The position numbers were made by a program, and so were the translations under genes. A DNA stretch of 64,000 nucleotides from Candidatus Nanopelagicaceae bacterium (GTDB lineage: Bacteria; Actinomycetota; Actinomycetes; Nanopelagicales; Nanopelagicaceae). Under the pieces are notes generated by a model that saw only the letters and a list, made by a program, of their open reading frames with translations, was not told the origin of the DNA and ran no database searches. The stretch covers positions 1,848 through 65,847 of the forward strand of contig DASXUM010000029.1 in NCBI GenBank assembly GCA_036504835.1. The letters run 5' to 3'. Below, piece by piece: positions 35,798 through 48,702 of the stretch. Numbering within the stretch: position 1 is the first letter of the stretch; every line of letters begins with the position of its first letter.

Positions 35798-36565
35798 TTA
35801 TTTATAGAACTTGGCGATCCGGGCCAATTCCTCAGGATCCAGGCTCGCCCCGCCAATAAGGGCTCCGTCTACATCCGGCTGCTTCATGATTTCGGCGATA
35901 TTGGAGGATTTGACCGAACCGCCGTAGAGGATCCTCATTGCCTGGGCAATCTCGGGAGAGCCAATCGCCTCGATCTCTCCTCGTATCGCGCTGCAGACCT
36001 CTTGGGCATCCTCTGCGGTAGCTGTCTTTCCAGTACCGATTGCCCAAATAGGTTCGTAGGCGATGACGATCTTCTTGAGATCGGGCTTGCTCAAATTCGC
36101 AAGTCCAGCGCGAATCTGTCGAATGACGTAGGAAACATGGGTACCGGCTTCTCTTACGGATAAATCCTCACCCACACAGAAGATTGGAGTGAGGTCGTTA
36201 GCCAGAGCCGCCTTGATCTTCCGATTCACCAGAGCATCGTCTTCACGATGAATTGTTCGTCGCTCACTATGACCGACAATGACGAAAGTGCAGCCAAGTT
36301 TAGCCAACATCGATCCAGAAATGTCTCCAGTGAATGCGCCTGCGCTCTCCGGAGAAATATCTTGCGCACCGTAAAGCAAACGAAGGCGATCGCCATCAAC
36401 CAGAGTCTGTACCGAACGAATGTCGGTGAAGGGAGGAAGAACTGCGACATCGACCGCGTCATAGTCCTTGTCGTCAAGGCTATAGACAAGCTTCTGTGTC
36501 ACTGCGATGGCCTCAAGGTGATTGAGATTCATCTTCCAGTTACCAGCCATCAACGGCTTGCGCAT
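35798..36565 (-). CDS. tpiA: triosephosphate isomerase
   Basis: [14 protein letters not shown] and GGASL, 255 aa. Confidence 0.96.
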   Translation of the reverse strand: MRKPLMAGNWKMNLNHLEAIAVTQKLVYSLDDKDYDAVDVAVLPPFTDIRSVQTLVDGDRLRLLYGAQDISPESAGAFTGDISGSMLAKLGCTFVIVGHSERRTIHREDDALVNRKIKAALANDLTPIFCVGEDLSVREAGTHVSYVIRQIRAGLANLSKPDLKKIVIAYEPIWAIGTGKTATAEDAQEVCSAIRGEIEAIGSPEIAQAMRILYGGSVKSSNIAEIMKQPDVDGALIGGASLDPEELARIAKFYK

Positions 36566-36592
36566 TATTTCTCCTTTGGTTTTTGAAAGTCT

Positions 36593-37776
36593 TTACAGAC
36601 CGAGAGCTTGCAGGCCAGGAAGTTCCTTGCCTTCAAGGTATTCAAGCGAGGCGCCGCCACCCGTGGAAATGTAGCCAAAATCGGTGTCGGCAAATCCAAG
36701 GGCTCTAACGGCAGCGGCTGAGTCTCCCCCGCCAACTACTGAAATTCCCGCGACTTTTGTTAACGCCTCTGCAACCACTTTGGTACCGGCCGCAAATGCT
36801 GGGAATTCAAAAACGCCCATCGGTCCGTTCCAGAAAACAGTTTTGCATCCAATGATTGCAGTAGCGAAGGCTTTCGCCGATTCTGGACCGATGTCTAGCC
36901 CCATCTGATCGTTCGGGATGGAGTCGGCAGCAACGATTGTCGCGGGGGCATCCGCAGAGAATTTTGGGGCGACGACAATGTCTGTAGGCAAATGAAGTGT
37001 GACACCATTTTCTTTGGCGCGCGCAATGAGGTCGGTGACCGTTGGAAGCAGTTCGACTTCAACGAGTGAGGTCCCAATGCCTTTTCCTTGAGCTGCGAGG
37101 AAGGTGAAAACCATTCCGCCGCCAATAGCCAGAACGTTGACTTTATCGAGCAAGTTCGAGATTACCCCGATCTTGTCTGAGACTTTGGCACCACCGAGCA
37201 CGACGCCATAAGGCCTTTGCGGATCCTGGGTCAATTGCTTGAGGACTTTCACCTCGGCATCAATCAAAAATCCAGCGGCATGCGGAAGCAGTTTGGGAAG
37301 GTCAAAAACAGAGGCGTGCTTGCGGTGAACGGCTCCGAAACCGTCACCGACGTAAGCATCAACTAAAGCAGCAATCTCCTTGGCGAATGCGACCCGCTCG
37401 GCCTCATCTTTACTGGTTTCGGCGTCATTGAATCGCAGATTTTCCAACAAGAGAATCTGCCCTGCACCGAGCGATTTCGCTTTACTCGAAAAGTCATCGC
37501 CCGCTCCCGCGAATTCAACGGATGTGCCCAGCAGTTTTGACAATCGTGCAGCAACCGGAGCTAATGAAAGTTCAGGTTTTACTTCGCCCTTTGGACGGCC
37601 AAGGTGAGCGCCAATGACGATCGATGCACCACCATTAAGCAAGAACTTAATGGTGGGCAACGATGCGCGAATACGTCCGTCGTCGGTGATGACACCGTCT
37701 TTGAGAGGAACATTGAGATCGCAACGGAGGAAGACCCGTTTACCTGCGATCTCAAGTCCCGCAAGTGATGAAGACA

Positions 37777-37777
<1 letters not shown>
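36593..37777 (-). CDS. pgk: phosphoglycerate kinase
   Basis: RCDLNVPL and [14 protein letters not shown] place the start at [15 protein letters not shown] (ATG 37777-37775), sharing 1 nt with the gap stop (TAATG). The tracked 43-aa extension overlaps gap. Confidence 0.94.
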
Positions 37778-38790
<1,013 letters not shown>

Positions 38791-38800
38791 TTAGTCGTAG

Positions 38801-38824
38801 TCCCCACTAGGTTCCCCACTAGGT
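38801..38824. repeat. perfect tandem duplication of a 12-mer in the gap 5' UTR
   Basis: tccccactaggt occurs twice back to back (38801-12 and 38813-24), 23 nt upstream of the gap GTG. On the mRNA strand this reads ACCTAGTGGGGA x2. Confidence 0.9.
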
Positions 38825-38971
38825 TCTCTAAAAGGGGTGGGCAGGAAAAGAGCCACAGCGCTGGGGTGCGTGGTAAACCCTATCATTGAGGAATCTGCTA
38901 GCCGCCTTGAGGTGTTCTAATTCACCAAATGTGAGCGTAAATCGTCACTTTTTACGCGCAAAGAGAGACGA

Positions 38972-39949
38972 TTAGTTAAGCAAGTCTGGCGAAAGCCCGG
39001 CCTCGGTATCGGCAATTCCCAGTTCTGCAGCCCGTTTGTCCGCCATTGCTAAAAGGCGGCGGATTCGTCCGGCGATGGCGTCTTTGGTCATCGGAGGCGA
39101 GGCCAGAGAGCCGAGCTCTTCCAGGCTCGCCTGACCATGGGTGATCCGAAGTTCGCCAGCCTCCTTCAGATGCTCGGGGATCTGATCGCCCAAAATCTCC
39201 ATCGCCCGCTGAACTCGCGCGGATGCGGCGACCGCGGCACGGGCTGAGCGGCGCAAATTGGCGTCGTCGAAATTCGCTAGGCGATTTGCCGTGGCGCGCA
39301 CTTCCCGACGCATTCTGCGCTCTTCCCAAGCAAGGACGCTCTCATGGGCTCCCAGGCGGGTGAGCAAAATACCGATGGCATCGCCATCTCGAATGACAAC
39401 GCGGTCGACGCCGCGAACTTCTCTGGCCTTTGCGGTGATGCCAAGTCGGCGCGCGGATCCAACAAGGGCCAATGCCGCCTCAGGACCAGGACATGTGATC
39501 TCTAATGAGGATGATCGCCCGGGTTCTGTGAGTGAACCATGCGCAATGAAAGCCCCCCGCCAAGCCGCCTCCGCATCGCAAATTGCCGCAGAGACTACTT
39601 GCGGCGGCAGACCTCTGACTGGTCGCCCGTTTGCATCGACCAGACCGGTCTGGCGCGCGAGGGCTTCGCCGTCTTTTACAACGCGAACCACATAGCGTGA
39701 ACCTTTTCGCAGACCACTTGATGAAAGGACCGCGAGGTCGCTCTCATGGCCGTACACATCGGCAATGTCTTTACGGAGCCGTCTGGCACTCTGCGCCGCA
39801 TCAAGTTCGACTTCCACCAAAATCTTGCCGGCCACCAGATGCAGTCCGCCCGCAAAGCGGAGCAGCGCAGATACCTCGGCCTTGCGACAACATGGTTTGG
39901 TTACGGCAAGTCTGGTGAGTTCATCCTTCACCGCTGCGGTCATGGCCAT
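38972..39949 (-). CDS. whiA: DNA-binding sporulation/cell-division regulator WhiA
   Basis: [14 protein letters not shown]..., a degenerate LAGLIDADG-like double domain and the C-terminal [17 protein letters not shown]. The start at 39949 matches the conserved N-terminus. Confidence 0.93.
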   Translation of the reverse strand: MAMTAAVKDELTRLAVTKPCCRKAEVSALLRFAGGLHLVAGKILVEVELDAAQSARRLRKDIADVYGHESDLAVLSSSGLRKGSRYVVRVVKDGEALARQTGLVDANGRPVRGLPPQVVSAAICDAEAAWRGAFIAHGSLTEPGRSSSLEITCPGPEAALALVGSARRLGITAKAREVRGVDRVVIRDGDAIGILLTRLGAHESVLAWEERRMRREVRATANRLANFDDANLRRSARAAVAASARVQRAMEILGDQIPEHLKEAGELRITHGQASLEELGSLASPPMTKDAIAGRIRRLLAMADKRAAELGIADTEAGLSPDLLN

Positions 39950-39953
39950 GTGC

Positions 39954-40901
39954 TTATCCAATCAGGCTATCGGACATGATGTGACCAAAAACCGAAGTTA
40001 ATTTTTCGACATCATGGTGAATACTTCCAACTGCTTTGCGAAGGTCAGCCGTGATGAGCTGGCCGCCCATCTCTCTCACCTGATTCTCAAGTGACTGGCT
40101 ATCGCGAACCACTGAGAAGTCAGCGATGACGTAATCGGCCGTGAAATCCGGGGCGTACCGACGTATTAGACCGAGGTGCTCCTCTGGCGTGTAGCCGGCG
40201 TATTCATTTCCCGATAATTCTGGAACAGCATCCAAGTTCAGCATCACTATCCGCTTCGCCTTGCTTTCTACCAAGGCCCGTCGCTGCGTGGGCACCAGAA
40301 GATGGGGCAAGACTGATGAGATCCACGACCCTGGCCCCATCGTGATCCAGTCTGCCTCGGATATCGCGGTCAGAGCCTCGTGCCGGGAAGGCGGATCCTG
40401 CGGGATTATGCGCAAAGACTCAAGTTTTCCTTTTGCACGAGCTACCTCTACCTGCCCGCGAATGACCGTCAGCCTCCCACCTTCCTGAAAGGTGCCCTCA
40501 ATATCCAAGGGTTGAGACGCCATAGGAAGTACTCGTCCGACTACTTTGAGAAGTGATGCAACTCGATCAAGTCCTGCGACAGGATCCTCATCTCGATCCC
40601 ACAATGCCGCAAGAAGCAAATTGCCAACGGCGTGACCATGCAACGAACCCTCACCAGTAAAGCGATGTTGCATGATCCTGGCCCACTCGCGACCCCATTC
40701 ATCATCTGAACACAGGGCTGCCAATGCCATCCGCAAATCCCCCGGTGGCAAGATCGGAAACTCTTGCCGTAAACGACCACTGGAACCGCCATTATCGGCA
40801 ACCGTCACGATCGCCGTAATCGAGGAGGTTATCTTGCGAAGAGAGGCCAGGGTCGCGGCAAGTCCGTGTCCTCCCCCGAGAGCAACGACTTTATGCGGCA
40901 C
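39954..40901 (-). CDS. yvcK: YvcK-family gluconeogenesis factor (CofD-like, UPF0052)
   Basis: [10 protein letters not shown]-terminus, 315 aa, conserved rapZ-yvcK-whiA order. Confidence 0.88.
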   Translation of the reverse strand: MPHKVVALGGGHGLAATLASLRKITSSITAIVTVADNGGSSGRLRQEFPILPPGDLRMALAALCSDDEWGREWARIMQHRFTGEGSLHGHAVGNLLLAALWDRDEDPVAGLDRVASLLKVVGRVLPMASQPLDIEGTFQEGGRLTVIRGQVEVARAKGKLESLRIIPQDPPSRHEALTAISEADWITMGPGSWISSVLPHLLVPTQRRALVESKAKRIVMLNLDAVPELSGNEYAGYTPEEHLGLIRRYAPDFTADYVIADFSVVRDSQSLENQVREMGGQLITADLRKAVGSIHHDVEKLTSVFGHIMSDSLIG

Positions 40902-41773
40902 TATTCGCGTCCTACATCGCGGTGGATTGCGTGCGCCTCAATAGCAGTTGGACCTTTGCTCTTGTTCAAGCGATCGGCTATCGCTTCGGAGATTGCAACA
41001 CTTCGATGTTTCCCGCCGGTGCAGCCCACAGCTAACGTCACATATTTCTTGCCCTCTCGCAAGTATCCCTCCGCCATCTGATTGAGCAGCGAGACATAAC
41101 TGTCAACGAAATCGGTCACACCGGGTGAGGAAAGAACGTGCCTGCTTACCGCATCATTAAGGCCAGTTTGAGCACGCAGTTCGGGAACCCAGTGGGGATT
41201 GGGAATGAAGCGACAGTCGAGAACGAGGTCAGCATCTACAGGCACGCCATATTTGTACCCAAAGGAAAGAACATTGACACGTACTCCGTGACTCTGTCCC
41301 GACGCGAATATTTCTCCGACGCGTTTTTCCAATTGGTGAACATTGAGATTACTCGTGTCGATAACAACTTCGGCACGCGATCGCAGATCCTCCAGGCGTG
41401 TTCTCTCGCGAGCGATTCCGTCGACAATGCGATCAGAACCTTGCAGAGGATGAGGTCGCCTAGTGGATTCAAAACGTTGTACGAGTGCCTGGTCGGTCGC
41501 ATCGAGAAAGAGCAGACGATGCGGCACGCCATCCGCGGCCAATTGCACGAGGGCATTGTTGAGGTCATCGAAAAACCTACCGCTCCGCACATCAACTACG
41601 ACCGCCATGGAGGGAATCGACTCTGCGTCGGTCTGAGCCACCAACGCCGGCAAGAGCGCGGCAGGAACGTTGTCGACTACATACCAACCTAAATCCTCAA
41701 GAGCGTGGGCGACCGTGGAACGTCCTGCACCGGACATTCCCGTAAGGATCAATACTTCACGTTCTTGTTTCAT
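40901..41773 (-). CDS. rapZ: RNase adapter / nucleotide-binding protein RapZ (YvcJ)
   Basis: Walker A LTGMSGAGRST, C-terminal CTGGKHRSV, 290 aa. Confidence 0.92.
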   Translation of the reverse strand: MKQEREVLILTGMSGAGRSTVAHALEDLGWYVVDNVPAALLPALVAQTDAESIPSMAVVVDVRSGRFFDDLNNALVQLAADGVPHRLLFLDATDQALVQRFESTRRPHPLQGSDRIVDGIARERTRLEDLRSRAEVVIDTSNLNVHQLEKRVGEIFASGQSHGVRVNVLSFGYKYGVPVDADLVLDCRFIPNPHWVPELRAQTGLNDAVSRHVLSSPGVTDFVDSYVSLLNQMAEGYLREGKKYVTLAVGCTGGKHRSVAISEAIADRLNKSKGPTAIEAHAIHRDVGRE

Positions 41774-41797
41774 CGCGCCTTCATCCTCCTGTATCTG

Positions 41798-43732
41798 TCA
41801 AGAACCCTCAAGGATCTCCCCCGTCTGAGCATCAAATGCAACGGTGCGTTCGTTCTCGAGACTTCGCACGATAACTTCTGCAATTGTGGGGCCGATTCCC
41901 GGAACTTCGGCCACCTCTTTCAAGGTGGCTCGCCTAAGAGCTGCCACCGAACCAAAACGTTTAAGAAGAGCTGCTCGGCGTACCTGACCCAAATGTGGAA
42001 TTTCATCAAGGAGGGATTCGAGCATCACCGCAGATCGTCTTGACCGGTGAAAAGTGATGGCAAATCTATGCGCTTCGTCACGAACTCTCTGCAGCAAATA
42101 GAGGCCTTCGCTGGTGCGCGGAAGAATAAGGGGGTCACTCTGATTCGGAAGCCAAACTTCTTCCAGCCGCTTTGCCAATCCACATAATGCGATGTCCGAC
42201 ATTCCTATCTCGTTAAGGGCACGGGCAGCAGCAGCTACTTGCGGAGCACCACCATCCACCACGATCAATTCTGGAGGATATGAGAACTTCTTCTGCGCTC
42301 CGCCTTGTTCAAGCACCTCGGCCGAATCTACTTCGCGCTCGTCAGCAAGCCTCTTCAGCCTTCTAGTTAGTACTTGATGAATGGCGCGGGTATCGTCCCA
42401 CGCGGTTGTGGTGTCAATGATGAACCGGCGGTATTCGCTCTTCTTAGCGACTCCGTCCTCAAAAACCACCATTGACGCAACGACAGAGGTGCCAGAGATA
42501 TTGGAAATGTCGTAACACTCGATGCGCAGGGGTGGGCGTTCGAGACTGAGTGCTTCCTGAATCTCGATCAGCGCTTTGCCACTCACTGCGCTGTCGGCCG
42601 AACGCTTGTTAACCGACTGAATCAAGGCATAGTGAGCATTGCGTGCGACAGTGTTGAGAATCTCGACTTTCTCTCCTCTTTGCGGGACTTTGATCTCCAC
42701 TTTGCCCTCACGCAAAGAACCCAACCAGGACTCGAGAACGTCAATGTCTTTGGGCAATTCATTGATGAGTATCTCCGCAGGAATATTGGTCCCCGCTTTC
42801 TCGCCAGCATGCGCGCCGTAAACTGAGGCGAATAACGCCGAAATATCATCTTCTCCTTCAAGTGCATTCTTCTGATCGAGGAGCCAAGACCGCGAGCCTT
42901 TGATGGAACCTCCCCGGATCATGAAGATCGACCCGGCAGAATGCGGTCCTTCGCGATGAATGGCCAGTACATCCGCTGACAAATTGTCAGGCAAGGTGGC
43001 CTCAGATGATTCACGAACACGTTCCATCGCCGAAATTTGATCACGGATCTTTGCAGCGCGCTCGTACTCCTGAGCCGACGCCGCTAGAGCCATCTCTTTC
43101 TGCAAAGTGGGCACGATGTCGCTCACTCCGCTGTCCATGAAATCCACTAGTCGCTGGGCTAATTTCATGTGATCCGCTTGGGATATCCAACCAACGCACG
43201 GCGCAGCGCACTTGCCGATATCCCCCAACAGGCATTGGCGATTGGTTCTGCGGGCTCTCTGAAAATTACCGTCAGTACACGATCGGACCGGAAATACTTT
43301 CAGCACGACATCGAAGGTGCTCCGTAATGCGCCTGCATGGGTGAACGGACCGAAGTATTTGACCCCAGGGCGTTTCTGCTTCCTTGTGATGAAGACTTTG
43401 GGATAGTCGTCGCTCAATGAAATCGCCAGATATGGATAAGACTTATCGTCGCGAAACTGCACGTTATAGGTCGGATCAAATTGCTTGATCCAGGAGAACT
43501 CCAACTGCAATGCTTCAACTTCGGTATTGACGATCGTCCACTCGACTCGGACGGCTTCGTGCACCATCCTGTAAGTACGCTCGGGGAGGTTGCCCTGAAA
43601 GTAGTTGCTCAATCGAGCCTTCAGGCTGAGTGCCTTTCCGACGTAGATGATCTTGCCGTCGGCATTGAAGAATCGATATACGCCCGGAAGCGGCGGAATA
43701 TCTTTAGGGCGATAACTACTCGGCTCTGCCAT
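41798..43732 (-). CDS. uvrC: excinuclease ABC subunit C
   Basis: GIY-YIG N-terminus (GVYRFFNADGKIIYVGKA), UVR domain, C-terminal (HhH)2, 644 aa. Confidence 0.95.
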   Translation of the reverse strand: MAEPSSYRPKDIPPLPGVYRFFNADGKIIYVGKALSLKARLSNYFQGNLPERTYRMVHEAVRVEWTIVNTEVEALQLEFSWIKQFDPTYNVQFRDDKSYPYLAISLSDDYPKVFITRKQKRPGVKYFGPFTHAGALRSTFDVVLKVFPVRSCTDGNFQRARRTNRQCLLGDIGKCAAPCVGWISQADHMKLAQRLVDFMDSGVSDIVPTLQKEMALAASAQEYERAAKIRDQISAMERVRESSEATLPDNLSADVLAIHREGPHSAGSIFMIRGGSIKGSRSWLLDQKNALEGEDDISALFASVYGAHAGEKAGTNIPAEILINELPKDIDVLESWLGSLREGKVEIKVPQRGEKVEILNTVARNAHYALIQSVNKRSADSAVSGKALIEIQEALSLERPPLRIECYDISNISGTSVVASMVVFEDGVAKKSEYRRFIIDTTTAWDDTRAIHQVLTRRLKRLADEREVDSAEVLEQGGAQKKFSYPPELIVVDGGAPQVAAAARALNEIGMSDIALCGLAKRLEEVWLPNQSDPLILPRTSEGLYLLQRVRDEAHRFAITFHRSRRSAVMLESLLDEIPHLGQVRRAALLKRFGSVAALRRATLKEVAEVPGIGPTIAEVIVRSLENERTVAFDAQTGEILEGS

Positions 43733-43743
43733 GAGTCTTGCTA

Positions 43744-46593
43744 TTACGCAATCGCTCGATTTGTCTTGAGGATGCCAGAAAGGTAGTGGCCCGTGTAGCT
43801 CTTCTCATTCAAGGCAACGTCTTCGGGCGTGCCTTGGGCAACTACGGTGCCGCCGCGGAATCCTCCCTCAGGTCCCATATCCACCACCCAGTCTGCGCAC
43901 TTAATGACGTCGAGGTTGTGCTCGATGACTACGACGGTGTTGCCGGTATCGACGAGACGATTGAGAACACCTAGGAGCTTGCTTACATCTTCAAAATGCA
44001 GACCCGTGGTGGGCTCATCCAGAACATAGATCGTGCGCCCTGTGGATCTTCTCTGCAACTCCGTTGCAAGTTTCACGCGTTGCGCCTCTCCTCCCGACAG
44101 AGTCGGTGCCGATTGGCCTAGACGCACGTAACCAAGTCCGACATCGCAGAGAGTCTTCAAGAAGCGAGCGATGGTAGGAACGGCCTCGAAAAATTCGCGT
44201 GCTTGCTCGATGGGCATATCGAGAACTTCCGCAATCGTCTTGCCTTTGTAATGAACTTCGAGAGTTTCGCGGTTATACCGTGCGCCATGGCAGACCTCGC
44301 ATGGGACGTAGACATCGGGAAGGAAATTCATTTCAATCGTGATCGTCCCGTCGCCGGCACAGTTCTCGCAGCGGCCACCTTTCACGTTGAAGGAGAAACG
44401 TCCCTGCAAGTAGCCCCGGACCTTCGCCTCCGATGTCTCGGCAAATAGTGCGCGTATCTTGTCGAAGACGCCTGTATATGTTGCAGGATTCGAGCGCGGT
44501 GTACGGCCAATTGGTGATTGATCAACGTGGACGACTTTGTCGAGCAGATCCACTCCGGTGACGGTGCGGTGCCGACCGGGAACCAAGCGGGCGCCGTTGA
44601 GTTTGTTTGCCAAGGTCGAGTAAAGAATGTCGTTGATAAGAGTAGATTTTCCAGAACCGCTGACCCCGGTCACGGCTACGAAAACGCTGAGAGGAATCCC
44701 AACCTCGATATCCTTGAGGTTGTTCTCTTTCGCGCCCTTTATGACAAGGCGGCGCTTGGGATCGGTTGGCCGACGAAGCTCGGGGATGGAAATTGCTTTA
44801 CGGCCCGATAAGTAGGCGCCGGTGATCGATTCGGCGGACTCAATGAGGGATTGGTAATCCCCTGAGACAACGACTTTGCCGCCGTGCTCTCCCGCCCCCG
44901 GGCCGATATCGACAATCCAATCGGCCGCCCGAATCGTCTCTTCGTCGTGCTCCACGACTATCAGGGTGTTTCCGAGGTCGCGTAACTTCGTGAGCGTCTC
45001 GATCAGTCTCCGATTATCTCGTTGATGGAGACCGATGCTGGGCTCGTCCAACACATACAGAACACCAACTAGTCCGGAGCCGATTTGTGTGGCAAGGCGA
45101 ATTCGCTGTGCCTCGCCCCCGGAGAGAGTCGCGGCGGGCCGCTCGAGAGAAAGGTAGTCAAGACCGACATTGAGGAGGAATCCCAGGCGTGCGTGGACTT
45201 CCTTCATGACACGTTCGGCAATCTGACTCTCACGTGCATTGAGGTCGATTTCGGCAAGGAAGGTAGCGCAGTCAGCGATCGAGAGTTCGCAGATCTGCGC
45301 GATGTTCTTTCCGCCAACTGTGACCGCAAGTACTTCTGGCTTGAGGCGCGCCCCCTTGCACACGGGGCACGGTATCTGGCGCATATATGCCTCGTACTTG
45401 TCACGACTGTAGTCACTGTCGGTCTCGGCATGTCGACGATGGATGAAAGGCACTACTCCTTCAAAGCCAGTCGAATAGTTGCGGACACGACCATATCGAT
45501 TCTTGTACTTGACATGAACTTCGTACTCATAACCGTGGAGAATGGCTTCTTTTGCTTTAGCCGAAAGTTTCTTCCATGGATTGTCGAGCGAGAATTTAAC
45601 TTCTCCAGAGAGTGCCTCAAGAAGTCTGAGGAAATACTCCGAAGTCTGCCCAGTCGACCATGGCGCGATGGCGCCTTCGTTAATTGATATCGAATCATCC
45701 GGAACAATGAGGTCATGATCGACTTCAAGTTTTGTGCCGATACCAGTACAGGCGGGACAGGCGCCAAAGGGTGAATTGAAGGAGAAGGAACGCGGTTCAA
45801 GTTCCTCGAAAGAGAGTTCGCAATCATGGCAAGCAAGGTGTTCGCTGTAAGTGCGTTCCTTCTCACTGCCTTCGGCATCGACGAAATCCAGAAGCACGAT
45901 GCCCTGAGCCAGTCGCAAGGCGGTCTCGATTGAGTCGGTCAGTCGATTCTTAGAATCCGCCTTTGCGGTCAACCGATCCACCACAACTTCAATGGTGTGC
46001 TTCTCCTGCTTCTTCAACTTTGGCAGGTCTGAAAGTTGGATGACGTTTCCATCGACCCGTGCCCTTGAATAACCTTGCGATATCAACTCCTGAAATAAAT
46101 CGACGAACTCGCCTTTTCTCGCCCGAACAACCGGGGCCAAAACCAGAAATTTCGTCGAAGCTGGCATTGCCAGAATCTGGTCCACAATCTGCTGCGGGCT
46201 CTGTCGTGAAACCGGTTTTCCGCAGTTGGGACAATGCGGACGGCCCGCTCGCGCAAAAAGCAATCGTAAATAGTCGTACACCTCAGTAATGGTGCCAACG
46301 GTAGAGCGGGGGTTCCGGTTGGTCGACTTCTGATCAATGGAGACGGCAGGAGAGAGACCTTCGATAAAATCCACATCTGGCTTGTCCATTTGCCCAAGGA
46401 ACTGACGGGCGTAGGCAGAGAGAGACTCGACGTAACGGCGTTGACCTTCGGCAAAGATCGTGTCGAAGGCCAGGCTTGATTTACCCGAACCGGAAAGTCC
46501 CGTGAACACAACGAGGGAATTGCGTGGCAGCTCTATGGAGACGTTCTTGAGATTGTGCTCGCGCGCACCGCGAACAATGAGGTGGTCAGCCAT
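43744..46593 (-). CDS. uvrA: excinuclease ABC subunit A
   Basis: Two ABC modules (GLSGSGKSS and GVSGSGKST; LSGGEAQR twice) and zinc-finger Cys pairs, 949 aa. Confidence 0.97.
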   Translation of the reverse strand: MADHLIVRGAREHNLKNVSIELPRNSLVVFTGLSGSGKSSLAFDTIFAEGQRRYVESLSAYARQFLGQMDKPDVDFIEGLSPAVSIDQKSTNRNPRSTVGTITEVYDYLRLLFARAGRPHCPNCGKPVSRQSPQQIVDQILAMPASTKFLVLAPVVRARKGEFVDLFQELISQGYSRARVDGNVIQLSDLPKLKKQEKHTIEVVVDRLTAKADSKNRLTDSIETALRLAQGIVLLDFVDAEGSEKERTYSEHLACHDCELSFEELEPRSFSFNSPFGACPACTGIGTKLEVDHDLIVPDDSISINEGAIAPWSTGQTSEYFLRLLEALSGEVKFSLDNPWKKLSAKAKEAILHGYEYEVHVKYKNRYGRVRNYSTGFEGVVPFIHRRHAETDSDYSRDKYEAYMRQIPCPVCKGARLKPEVLAVTVGGKNIAQICELSIADCATFLAEIDLNARESQIAERVMKEVHARLGFLLNVGLDYLSLERPAATLSGGEAQRIRLATQIGSGLVGVLYVLDEPSIGLHQRDNRRLIETLTKLRDLGNTLIVVEHDEETIRAADWIVDIGPGAGEHGGKVVVSGDYQSLIESAESITGAYLSGRKAISIPELRRPTDPKRRLVIKGAKENNLKDIEVGIPLSVFVAVTGVSGSGKSTLINDILYSTLANKLNGARLVPGRHRTVTGVDLLDKVVHVDQSPIGRTPRSNPATYTGVFDKIRALFAETSEAKVRGYLQGRFSFNVKGGRCENCAGDGTITIEMNFLPDVYVPCEVCHGARYNRETLEVHYKGKTIAEVLDMPIEQAREFFEAVPTIARFLKTLCDVGLGYVRLGQSAPTLSGGEAQRVKLATELQRRSTGRTIYVLDEPTTGLHFEDVSKLLGVLNRLVDTGNTVVVIEHNLDVIKCADWVVDMGPEGGFRGGTVVAQGTPEDVALNEKSYTGHYLSGILKTNRAIA

Positions 46594-46598
46594 GTTTC

Positions 46599-48683
46599 CT
46601 AGACTCCTGCCGTTTCCATGCCTCGAAGTTCACGTTTGAGATCTTTGATTTCATCTCTCAGACGAGCAGCCAATTCAAATTGCAGATCACCTGCGGCCGA
46701 TCTCATCTGGTCAGTCAGGGACTCTATCAATGCCAAGAGTTCTTGGCGCGGCAGTGTCGTCAAAGATTTTGTGTGAACTCCAATAGCTGGGGTTCGTGAT
46801 CTTTGCGCACTTCGACCAGAGGCCGAGAGCAGCGCTTCGGTATCCTCGCTCTCTCGATTGATCAGATCTGTAATATCGGCAATCTTCTTTCGCAGCGGTT
46901 GGGGGTCGACGCCGCGTTCGAGGTTGTATGCAACCTGCTTCGCCCGTCTTCGGTTCGTCTCGTCGATCGCCTTTGCCATCGACTTGGTCATATTGTCGGC
47001 GTACATATGAACTTCGCCAGAAACATTTCGCGCTGCTCGACCGATCGTCTGGATAAGGGAGGTGGCAGAGCGGAGGAATCCCTCTTTATCCGCATCGAGG
47101 ATCGAGACTAAGGAAACTTCAGGTAGATCTAGGCCTTCACGAAGGAGGTTGATGCCGATGAGTACGTCGTACTCCCCCGAACGAAGTTCGCGCAGCAACT
47201 CCACCCGTCTCAATGTGTCGACCTCTGAATGAAGATATCTAACGCGCACGCCCCGCTCTTGGAGATAATCTGTGAGGTCCTCGGACATCTTCTTGGTTAA
47301 GGTAGTTACAAGGACGCGCTCATTCCGCTCCGCGCGCAGATTGATCTCGTGAAGTAGGTCGTCTATCTGTCCCTTGATTGGCTTCACGACAATCTTGGGA
47401 TCCACCAAACCGGTAGGTCGGATTACCTGCTCTACTACGTCGCCGTCGACTTTGCCGAGTTCGTACGGTCCCGGGGTGGCAGAGAGGTATACCTTCTGCC
47501 CCACTCTCTCCAAGAACTCGTCCCAGCGAAGAGGTCGGTTGTCCATCGCGCTGGGGAGTCGGAATCCGTGTTCGACCAAGGTGCGCTTGCGCGAGGCATC
47601 ACCCTCGAACATCGCACCGATCTGCGGCACGGTGACATGGGATTCATCAATGACCAAAAGGAAGTCCTCGGGGAAGTAATCGAGAAGGCAGTTTGGTCCC
47701 GAACCAGCTGCCCGACCGTCGATGTGACGCGAATAGTTCTCGATCCCGGAGCAGAAGCCCAGATTCTGCATCATCTCGATGTCGAAGGTGGTGCGCATGC
47801 GCAGCCGCTGGGCCTCCAGCAACTTACCTTGACGCTCGAAGTTAGCCAACTGGCCCTCGAGTTCCTCTTCGATATCGACGATCGCGCGTTTCATGGTTTC
47901 AGGACCGGCGGCGTAGTGCGTTGCCGGAAAGACATACATTTCGGTCTCATCGCGAACGATTTCTCCGGTCAACGGATGGAGGGTGGTGATGCGTTCGATT
48001 TCATCGCCGAACATCTCGATCCGTAGAGCGAGTTCTTCGTACATTGGAATTATCTCGATGGTGTCTCCGCGGACCCGAAAGGTTCCACGCTCAAATGCCA
48101 TGTCATTGCGCTTGTACTGGATATCTACGAATTTTCGTAACAGGACATTGCGTTCGATGTGATCGCCTACTCGGAGAGAAACCATGCGATCGACATATTC
48201 TTGCGGAGTCCCCAGGCCATAAATACATGAAACGGTTGCAACGACTATTACATCGCGCCGGGTGAGCAAAGAATTTGTCGCAGAGTGCCGAAGTCGCTCA
48301 ACCTCGTCGTTGACGCTCGAATCCTTCTCGATAAACGTATCCGTCTGCGGAACGTAGGCCTCTGGTTGGTAGTAGTCGTAGTACGAAACAAAATATTCGA
48401 CGGCGTTGTTGGGCATAAGCTCGCGGAATTCATTGGCCAGTTGCGCTGCCAGCGTCTTGTTCGGAGCAATGACAAGGGTGGGTCTTTGCAGCCGTTCGAT
48501 CAGCCAAGCGGTGCTGGCTGACTTGCCCGTACCGGTCGCGCCAAGGAGCACCACGTCCTTATCGCCACGCTCTATCCGGCGGACAATCTCCTCGATAGCC
48601 TCAGGCTGATCACCAGCCGGAACGTAATCGCTGATGACGCGGAACGGCTCAACACGCCTTTGAATATCTGTTACGGGGCGCAC
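46599..48683 (-). CDS. uvrB: excinuclease ABC subunit B
   Basis: [12 protein letters not shown] box (VIDESHVT), C-terminal UVR domain, 694 aa. Confidence 0.97.
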   Translation of the reverse strand: MRPVTDIQRRVEPFRVISDYVPAGDQPEAIEEIVRRIERGDKDVVLLGATGTGKSASTAWLIERLQRPTLVIAPNKTLAAQLANEFRELMPNNAVEYFVSYYDYYQPEAYVPQTDTFIEKDSSVNDEVERLRHSATNSLLTRRDVIVVATVSCIYGLGTPQEYVDRMVSLRVGDHIERNVLLRKFVDIQYKRNDMAFERGTFRVRGDTIEIIPMYEELALRIEMFGDEIERITTLHPLTGEIVRDETEMYVFPATHYAAGPETMKRAIVDIEEELEGQLANFERQGKLLEAQRLRMRTTFDIEMMQNLGFCSGIENYSRHIDGRAAGSGPNCLLDYFPEDFLLVIDESHVTVPQIGAMFEGDASRKRTLVEHGFRLPSAMDNRPLRWDEFLERVGQKVYLSATPGPYELGKVDGDVVEQVIRPTGLVDPKIVVKPIKGQIDDLLHEINLRAERNERVLVTTLTKKMSEDLTDYLQERGVRVRYLHSEVDTLRRVELLRELRSGEYDVLIGINLLREGLDLPEVSLVSILDADKEGFLRSATSLIQTIGRAARNVSGEVHMYADNMTKSMAKAIDETNRRRAKQVAYNLERGVDPQPLRKKIADITDLINRESEDTEALLSASGRSAQRSRTPAIGVHTKSLTTLPRQELLALIESLTDQMRSAAGDLQFELAARLRDEIKDLKRELRGMETAGV

Positions 48684-48702
48684 GTGACAACTCTAGTCTC
48701 GG

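Noticed and set aside
45085-45687. 200-aa ORF antisense to uvrA, with similar ones at 41138-41692, 61429-61992 and 11105-11605
   Set aside because: All are antisense to conserved housekeeping genes, and none has motifs or an RBS. I treat them as frame artefacts.
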